From contig CAYPIR010000003.1 in NCBI GenBank assembly GCA_964410905.1, forward strand, positions 79,986 through 143,985: a DNA stretch of 64,000 nt, in the 5' to 3' direction. The position numbers and the translations under genes were made by a program. Position 1 is the first letter of the stretch; each line of letters opens with the position of its first letter. Below, in pieces: positions 57,914 through 64,000 of the stretch. The DNA is from an uncultured bacterium. GTDB lineage: Bacteria; Omnitrophota; Omnitrophia; Omnitrophales; Aquincolibacteriaceae. The notes beneath the pieces are model-generated. The model saw only the letters and a program-made list of their open reading frames with translations. It was not told the origin of the DNA and did no database searches.

Positions 57914-58885
57914 TTACTTAATTGATATGTAGGCGGATTTTTTTAAGTTTTCAACCCAAGCTTTAAATCTCTCATCGCTTTCTTTTTGATACAAGTAATT
58001 TAGAACTTGATCGCGCGCGTCATCAAACGAACGCGTTCTTTCTGCTTCTTTTTCTTCGACTCTAAAAATATGATACCCAATCGGAGACTCCACAATCGCC
58101 GTGGTTTTCCCAATCGGTGTATTAAAAATAACATTATCCATGGATTCAATCATCGAACCGTGTGAAACCCAATCGCCAAGTCCGCCGTTTTGCGCGCGAG
58201 CATCTTCCGAGGACTCTTTCGCGACCTCATCAAATTTATTATAGAGACGGATTTTTTGCTCAAGCAATTCTATTTTTTGTTTTGCTTTTTCGTCGGCAAT
58301 ACCTTTTTCTCGCGCCTCTTCACTTTTCTTAACAGTAACAGAACGGACTTTGATTCGTTCTTTAATTTTAAATTTTTCGGGATTGTTGTTGTAAAACGCT
58401 TCCACCTCGGCGGGAGAAATAACCACTTTCGCGCGTATTTCTCTGTCTTGCAATTGTCGAACAATAGCTTGCTTTTTAAGTCTTTCTTTGAGCGCCGAAC
58501 GCGTCAATCCCTCTTGAGCCAACATCGTATCCAGCTGCTCTGGAAATTCTAAGCGTGATAAAAAATCTCGAAATTCTTTTTCAACCTCTTCGTCTTTTAT
58601 CGTAAGTCCTTGTCTAACAGCCTCTTGATAAACGAGTTTGTCTTCTATCATTTGACTGAGAATTTTTTGGCGCGCGGCATTAACCTCTTTCATCAACGTT
58701 TCGCCGCTATACTCCCGCGCGTAATCGTCATAAATCGGACGCAGCACGCTGTCAAGTTCCGCCTGTGTAATCACATCATCGTTTATAACCGCGACAACGC
58801 GGTCTAAAAGCTCCTCTGTGGCAAACGCAGAAAAACTTGCTAAAGCAAGAACCAAGAAAAATATTATGGAAATTTGTTTTTTCAT
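57914..58885 (-). CDS. surA: periplasmic chaperone / peptidyl-prolyl isomerase, SurA-like
   Basis: 323 aa. Signal peptide, N-terminal SurA-like chaperone domain, and a PpiC-type PPIase domain (...IVESPIGYHIFRVEEKE...). Lies upstream of pdxA-ksgA as in the enterobacterial surA-pdxA-ksgA operon. Confidence 0.8.
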   Translation of the reverse strand: MKKQISIIFFLVLALASFSAFATEELLDRVVAVINDDVITQAELDSVLRPIYDDYAREYSGETLMKEVNAARQKILSQMIEDKLVYQEAVRQGLTIKDEEVEKEFRDFLSRLEFPEQLDTMLAQEGLTRSALKERLKKQAIVRQLQDREIRAKVVISPAEVEAFYNNNPEKFKIKERIKVRSVTVKKSEEAREKGIADEKAKQKIELLEQKIRLYNKFDEVAKESSEDARAQNGGLGDWVSHGSMIESMDNVIFNTPIGKTTAIVESPIGYHIFRVEEKEAERTRSFDDARDQVLNYLYQKESDERFKAWVENLKKSAYISIK

Positions 58886-59373
58886 AGGGGCGCATTATAT
58901 CTTAATTCATTACCCGCGCAATGTGTAAGAAAGGCATTTTTAATCTTCAACCTGTTTTTTTTAAAAATATAATCTATAAAATTATCTTTAGTAAGACTTA
59001 AAAACTCTATTTCCGGATAAGCATCCGCAAAAATTTTGGGCAGGCGCGCTTTTTTCGTTGAACTCCATTTAGATTCAAATGCTCTATATTACCCGTCTGT
59101 TTCGTGAATTAAATCTATTTCTTGCTGCTGTTTTGTTCGCCAAAAATATCTTTTTGCAAAATTTTTGAAATAGGCATCTTTCTTCAAAAGTTCCGCCATC
59201 ATAAAATTTTCTCATAACGTGCCAATGTCATTACGCAATGAGAGCGGATTAAATGCGGAAATCAGCGCGTTGCGGACGCCATTATCATAAGAGTTTGAAT
59301 TTAGGTTCAAAAATAGAGTTAAAGATTTAATAAAATTATCTACCAATTAAACTTGAGATGCTAATCTAGAGCC

Positions 59374-59439
59374 TTATTTTTTAAGAACTTCTTCGATTTC
59401 AATTTCTTGATTGCAACGCGGACATTTTATCTTTTGCAT
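59374..59439 (-). CDS. possible 21-aa CxxC mini-ORF (MQKIKCPRCNQEIEIEEVLKK)
   Basis: An ATG-to-TAA ORF read by eye immediately downstream of mfd. May be spurious. Confidence 0.15.
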   Translation of the reverse strand: MQKIKCPRCNQEIEIEEVLKK

Positions 59440-59443
59440 ATTT

Positions 59444-61342
59444 TCACCTGTTTTTTTTCTTACTCATTTCTTCCACTGCTTTTTTGAGCATTTTACAATA
59501 AAGATCAAACCCGACGGCCTGGATAAATCCGCTCTGTTCATGCCCAAGCAAATTTCCCGCGCCGCGTATCTCCAAGTCTTCCATCGCGATTTTAAACCCC
59601 GAACCAAGCTCGGTAAATTTCTCTATCGCCTGAAGTCTTTTTACCGCGTCTCGCGTCATTCCCCAATCTTTTGGTATCAAAAAATACGCATATGCTTGTC
59701 GTTTTTCCTTATATCTTCCGACTCGACCTCTCAATTGATACAAATCCGAAAGGCCAAAACAATCCGCCCTATCTACAATAAGAGTGTTCACATTTGGAAT
59801 GTCTACGCCGGACTCAACAATGTTGGTGGAAATAAGACAGTCGATTTCTCCTCGCAAAAATCGCTTCAGCGTTTTTTCAAGCTCACCGACATTCATCTGC
59901 CCATGCATGACGCTGAATCTAGCTTGCGGCATAAGAGTTTTCAAACGAATAAAAACCTTGTCTATTGATTGAACTCTGTTATGAATAAAATAAACTTGTC
60001 CGCCGCGGGAAATCTCCCGTTCTATTGCCTGCGTTATGATGTCTTCATGATACTCCATAACAAATGTTTCAATGGGCAGACGATTTTCCGGAGGAGTATC
60101 TATCACGGACATATCACGAACGCCAAGAAGCGCCATATGAAGAGTTCTTGGAATAGGAGTCGCAGTAAGCGTCAAAATGTCTACTTGCGTGCGGAGTTCT
60201 TTTAATTTTTCTTTATGTCGAACGCCGAATCTTTGTTCTTCATCGATAATCACAAGCCCAAGGTTTTTGAATGCGATGTCCTTTGATAAAAGTCTATGCG
60301 TTCCGACAACAATATCCATGGAACCATCAACAAGCGATTTCACAACCTGTTTTTGTTCTTTTGCGGTTTGAAACCGAGATAAAATTCCCGTCTTTATGGG
60401 AAAATTTTCAGTTCGCGATTTTATAAGCGCGTAATGCTGCTCGGCAAGAATAGTTGTCGGAACAAGAAACGCAACTTGCCTGCCTGCAGTTACGGTTTTA
60501 AATGCGGCGCGAACCGCGACTTCAGTTTTTCCATATCCGACATCTCCGCACAAAAGTCTGTCCATCGGTTTGGGCGATTCCATATCTTGCTTCACTTCTT
60601 CTATAGCGTGTTTTTGTCCCGCTGTTTCTTCAAATGGAAATTCGCTTTCAAATTCTTTTTGCCAAGCGGTATCCGCCGGAGACGAAAATCCTGACGAAAT
60701 ACTTCTTTCCGCTTGAATTCTAAGCATTTCGCCCGCGACTTTATGCAGAGCCACGCGTGTTCGCTCTTTTATTCTCTCCCACTCTTTTGTATTAAGCCTT
60801 GTAAGTTTTGGTCTAATGCCCGAACCGCCGATATATTTTTCGATAGGTTCTTTTATCGATAAATATAAAATTTCATTGTTGGCGTATTCAATTGCCATCG
60901 AACGAACTTTTTCGCCCTGCATTTGTATAGTTTTTGTGCCAAGAAACCTTCCGATACCATATTTTTGATGGACTACAAGATCGCCCCGCTTTAGTCCTTT
61001 GACAGTTTCTATCGGAACAAAATCTTCGTAGCGTTTTTCAAGGCGAGATAATTTCTTTTTAAAAAACTCCGTAACTTTTATAAGAAAAACCTCATCAAAA
61101 GTTGTCAGAGTTTCTCCTGTCGCGATAACAAAATCACGAATTTGAATAAGCTCATCGCCGCGAAACTGCAGTCTTATAGGTAGCCTATAAGTAATGGGAT
61201 AAATATCCACAATACCGCCGCGGACAGCAAACTCGCCGGGTCTTTCAATAATATTTGTTTTTTGATAATGAAGACTTTGAAGCAAGGCTTCGAGGGCTTC
61301 CAGAGGAATTATGTTATGCAGTTTAAGCCGTTTTATTTCCAT
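59444..61342 (-). CDS. mfd: transcription-repair coupling factor Mfd, short form (RNAP-interaction domain plus translocase only)
   Basis: 632 aa. ...GEFAVRGGIVDIYP...RLQFRGDELIQIRDF..., the RID-like LKRGDLVVHQKYGIGRFLG, helicase motifs (GDVGYGKTEVAVRAAF, DEEQRFG), TRG-region motifs (...RGRVGR...) and a C-terminal ...GFDLYCKMLKKAVEEM followed by a stop. An in-frame stop lies 14 codons upstream of the ATG. Confidence 0.85.
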   Translation of the reverse strand: MEIKRLKLHNIIPLEALEALLQSLHYQKTNIIERPGEFAVRGGIVDIYPITYRLPIRLQFRGDELIQIRDFVIATGETLTTFDEVFLIKVTEFFKKKLSRLEKRYEDFVPIETVKGLKRGDLVVHQKYGIGRFLGTKTIQMQGEKVRSMAIEYANNEILYLSIKEPIEKYIGGSGIRPKLTRLNTKEWERIKERTRVALHKVAGEMLRIQAERSISSGFSSPADTAWQKEFESEFPFEETAGQKHAIEEVKQDMESPKPMDRLLCGDVGYGKTEVAVRAAFKTVTAGRQVAFLVPTTILAEQHYALIKSRTENFPIKTGILSRFQTAKEQKQVVKSLVDGSMDIVVGTHRLLSKDIAFKNLGLVIIDEEQRFGVRHKEKLKELRTQVDILTLTATPIPRTLHMALLGVRDMSVIDTPPENRLPIETFVMEYHEDIITQAIEREISRGGQVYFIHNRVQSIDKVFIRLKTLMPQARFSVMHGQMNVGELEKTLKRFLRGEIDCLISTNIVESGVDIPNVNTLIVDRADCFGLSDLYQLRGRVGRYKEKRQAYAYFLIPKDWGMTRDAVKRLQAIEKFTELGSGFKIAMEDLEIRGAGNLLGHEQSGFIQAVGFDLYCKMLKKAVEEMSKKKNR

Positions 61343-61546
61343 TAAAATCTCTACTTTCGTGCTGCTGCAAAATATATAAAAATATCATTAGTAATGTAAC
61401 ATAAAAAAATCGGCATCGCTCATCAAACCTCCGCGTATTCTCGAACGTCGTTTGGTGAGCTATGCCAATTTTTTAGAATCAAAGTCATGTTATCCGTAAT
61501 TTATTAAATAATAACTTACATTAAACGCGCGAAATAGCAGCAGAGA

Positions 61547-61708
61547 TTATCCCTTCTTTTCTAAAATCGTTATTACTTTTTCTAATTGCTTCGATATTTT
61601 CCCGAGTAAATTTATTTGCTCTTCCATCATTCGCTCTTGCCGCGCCTGTAATTGTTTTGCTTCGTTCGCAATTTTTGTCATATCTCCTAATTTGCTAAAA
61701 TCAAACAT
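61547..61708 (-). CDS. possible 53-aa coiled-coil small protein (YbaB N-terminus-like)
   Basis: A hand-read ORF, MFDFSKLGDMTKIANEAKQLQARQERMMEEQINLLGKISKQLEKVITILEKKG. Resembles the N-terminal helix of YbaB/EbfC but is half the length. Below the track's size cut-off. Confidence 0.3.
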   Translation of the reverse strand: MFDFSKLGDMTKIANEAKQLQARQERMMEEQINLLGKISKQLEKVITILEKKG

Positions 61709-61723
61709 CGTTTTCTCCTAAAT

Positions 61724-62023
61724 TTATTTGTTATTACGTTTTAAAAACCAATCGTGCAATTTTTGTGTCTGATCGCCTTGTATTTCTATCGTCCCATTTT
61801 TTACCGCCCCTCCGGCGCCGCAAAGAGCCTTCCATTCGCGAGCCATATCGCTGAGCCGCTCACTCCCATAAGTATGCAAACCCAAAACCACCGTTACAAA
61901 TTTCCCTGCTCTTTTTTCCAAACGGATTACGGGCTTGGGACTGTTCGGATTTTCTTTTTTTACTGGCAAGACAGGCTCGTCCGAACTAAGCGACCAACCG
62001 TTTCCGCTCGTAAGTTTTGCCAT
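61724..62023 (-). CDS. yciH: translation initiation factor SUI1/YciH family protein
   Basis: 99 aa. ...GKFVTVVLGL......LSDMAREWKALCGAGGAVKNGTIEIQGDQ... is the SUI1 fold signature. Confidence 0.8.
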   Translation of the reverse strand: MAKLTSGNGWSLSSDEPVLPVKKENPNSPKPVIRLEKRAGKFVTVVLGLHTYGSERLSDMAREWKALCGAGGAVKNGTIEIQGDQTQKLHDWFLKRNNK

Positions 62024-62034
62024 TTCATATTCCT

Positions 62035-63690
62035 TTATTTTTGTTTTGCGCGCGCGAGCATTTCCTCGGCATGCAACGTAGAAATTTCGCTAGTGTCCTG
62101 CCCGCTCATCATTTGCGCTAATTCGTCAATTTTTTCTTGCCCTTCCAAAATCTCATAATAAACTTTTGTTTTCCCCTTCACGACAGATTTTGTTACCTTA
62201 AAATGCCTGTCAGCAAACGAGGCGATTTGCGGCAAATGCGTTACAAGCAGCACCTGCCTTTCCTCAGAAATACTTTTTAATTTTTCTCCCGTCACGCGAC
62301 CAAGCCTCCCGCCAATGTTCGCGTCAATTTCGTCAAATATCAAAACAGACACGGGATCCGTTTGAATAAGCGCTTTTTTTATAGCAAGCATTATCCGCGA
62401 AGCCTCGCCTCCAGAAATGCTTTTTTCTATAGCAAGCATCGGCTCCCCGGGATTCATTCTCGCAAAAAACTCAACGCCGTCCGCGCCATTTTCTGAAAAA
62501 TCCGTGTTCGTTATCTTGATTTTTATTTCTGCTTTCGCGATTTGCAAATCTTTTAATTCTTTTTCTATATCGTTTTCGAGGCGCGCCGCGCTCTCTTTGC
62601 GTTTTGCCGTAAATTTTTCCGCCGTTCTTTTCAGTTCTTTTTTCTTATTTTCTATTTCTTCCCCCAAATCACTTTTTGCCATGTCCAGGTCTATCAATTG
62701 CTCATATCGCTTTTTAGCGTCCGCGTAAAATTCTTTTACTTTTTCAAGAGTCGTGCCATATTTCTTTTTCAAATGCTCCAGCAAGTCCTTCTTTTTTTCT
62801 AATTCCGCGAACCGTTCGGGATCAAATGTCAATTTTTCACGATAGTCTTTTAATTTTAAAATTATTTCCTGCAAGGAATATTGAATTTGTTCGCTTTCGC
62901 TTTGAATTTCATTTATTGATTCATCAAATTTTGCCAAGCCTTTCAGATTTTTAATCGCGTGAGACAAAAACAAATCCGCGTTTTGTTCGTTTTCATCTAA
63001 TGCGCCCAGCGCTCCAGCGGTGAGTTCTGAGAGTTTTTCCGAATTTGCCAATCTAATTCTTTCCGTTTCCATTTCTATTTCATCCACTTTCAAAATATCA
63101 GCGTTTTCGATTTCGTCTATTTGATATTTCAAAAGATCTATTTCTCGTTCCCTGCTCGCTTCCATTTCGTTGAGTTCTTTTTGTGATTTTAAGAGAACCT
63201 CGTATTGACTAAAAAGTTTTGGGTATTCAGTTTTCGTTATATCTATTTGGGCAAATCGATCCAAAATGCCTAGGTGCGCGTTCGCTTGAAAAAGCCTCTG
63301 ATGGTCGTGCTGTCCGTGAATATCGATAAGCCCCATTCCTATTTCTTTCAATTGAGAAACAGCCGCCAATCTGGAATTAACCCAAGCGCGCGATTTCCCA
63401 TCGGCGTATTCTCGTCGCAAAATAAGCGTGAAATCGTCTTGCAAATAATTTTCAAAGAGTGGATTTTCCGCGGTTTCTTCAGAAAGTTCAAACGCGGCCT
63501 CTGCTGCTATTTTTTTATCCGCGCTATCTTTATCTATTTCCAATCTCGCCCCAAGGACAAATCTAATCGCGTCAATAAGAATTGATTTCCCTGCGCCCGT
63601 TTCGCCGGTAAGGACATTGAGATTGTCAGAAAAGTTTAGAGTGAGGTCGTCTATAAGCGCGAAGTTTTTGATATGGAGTTGAGTAAGCAT
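62035..63690 (-). CDS. recN: DNA repair protein RecN
   Basis: 551 aa. MLTQLHIKNFALIDDLTLNFSDNLNVLTGETGAGKSILIDAI..., a long coiled-coil region, and the C-terminal ABC signature. Confidence 0.9.
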   Translation of the reverse strand: MLTQLHIKNFALIDDLTLNFSDNLNVLTGETGAGKSILIDAIRFVLGARLEIDKDSADKKIAAEAAFELSEETAENPLFENYLQDDFTLILRREYADGKSRAWVNSRLAAVSQLKEIGMGLIDIHGQHDHQRLFQANAHLGILDRFAQIDITKTEYPKLFSQYEVLLKSQKELNEMEASREREIDLLKYQIDEIENADILKVDEIEMETERIRLANSEKLSELTAGALGALDENEQNADLFLSHAIKNLKGLAKFDESINEIQSESEQIQYSLQEIILKLKDYREKLTFDPERFAELEKKKDLLEHLKKKYGTTLEKVKEFYADAKKRYEQLIDLDMAKSDLGEEIENKKKELKRTAEKFTAKRKESAARLENDIEKELKDLQIAKAEIKIKITNTDFSENGADGVEFFARMNPGEPMLAIEKSISGGEASRIMLAIKKALIQTDPVSVLIFDEIDANIGGRLGRVTGEKLKSISEERQVLLVTHLPQIASFADRHFKVTKSVVKGKTKVYYEILEGQEKIDELAQMMSGQDTSEISTLHAEEMLARAKQK

Positions 63691-63832
63691 AGGCGGAATA
63701 GTATACCGCTTGTAAAGAAAATTTCAGAATGGATATTTTATTGGCAAAGAATCTCTAACTCTTATTGCAAAAACTTGCCTATTTGAGCCAATGAAAAAAT
63801 ATACCGCGCTCCGGAAAGTCAAAGGGGCTCGC

Positions 63833-64000
63833 ATGAAAAACCGCAAATGAACCAATCAACAAAAGCTTGAAATCGTCCTCGAGAGCCTTAAGGGTCACGT
63901 CACGATCTCGGTCCTGTGTAACCGTCATCAGATTCAGCTAACTCAATACTGCGAATGGAAGCATCGCTTTCTACGCATGGAGAAAAGGTCTTTGAACTCG
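63833..64000 (+). mobile_element. IS3-family-like transposase OrfA (HTH) fragment, running off the window end, with an in-frame TGA at codon 6
   Basis: Translation MKNRK*TNQQKLEIVLESLKGHVTISVLCNRHQIQLTQYCEWKHRFL... aligns with IS3-family OrfA N-termini of the form MSKRRKFSAEFKAKVALEALKG...ELA..HGV.P.QI..WK.... The TGA lines up with the conserved aromatic residue. Confidence 0.5.

Noticed and set aside
59411-59968. 185-aa plus-strand ORF
   Set aside because: Antisense to the mfd 3' end. Spurious.

Overview
This window is an AT-rich bacterial chromosome segment from a diderm (Gram-negative-type) organism. lpxB, an msbA-like exporter and the surA-pdxA-ksgA cluster indicate the diderm envelope. 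Most of it is densely packed housekeeping genes, largely on the minus strand. These include leuB (3'-truncated), glgA, a pth-rplY-prs-glmU block, ispE-spoVG, hisG, tsaD-gatB, a long co-directional minus-strand block running U32 peptidase, uvrB, nadC, valS, LeuA/CimA-family synthase, lysC, PGM-like, thrC, hom, then pfk, era, trxA, nth, purN, rsmI, ksgA, pdxA, surA, mfd and recN. The host genes end in TAA, except glmU, which ends in TGA, so the standard code applies.

The main accessory feature is a ~10.8-kb element integrated into an initiator-type tRNA-Met gene (11695..11771). Its attL repeat is the tRNA 3' half (11727..11771) and its attR repeat is a displaced tRNA 3' half (22555..22599). The two repeat copies differ by a compensatory base pair in the T-stem. 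The island is more GC-rich than the flanks and uses TGA and TAG stops. It carries:
- a DUF4238-family protein, a candidate antiphage protein of the Rst_DUF4238 type;
- a small ORF of unknown function;
- a type II restriction-modification pair: a 739-aa Zn-ribbon DNA methyltransferase (DUF1156/COG1743-like, with a DPPY motif) convergent with a HindIII-family restriction endonuclease;
- a three-copy ~169-bp tandem repeat with frameshifted coding potential;
- a 360-aa hypothetical protein next to a serine recombinase;
- further cargo, namely a protein starting with a WEFLRRN motif, a second SpoVG-family protein and a 298-aa hypothetical;
- an excisionase-like HTH protein and a tyrosine integrase.

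Other points of interest:
- a threonine operon in which a COG3635 phosphoglycerate-mutase-like gene sits where thrB would be;
- an unusually short Mfd lacking the N-terminal UvrB-like module and the C-terminal D7 domain;
- an IS3-like transposase fragment at the right edge with an in-frame TGA at a conserved aromatic position;
- two tRNAs (Gln-UUG and the initiator Met).

No CRISPR array or rRNA was seen.
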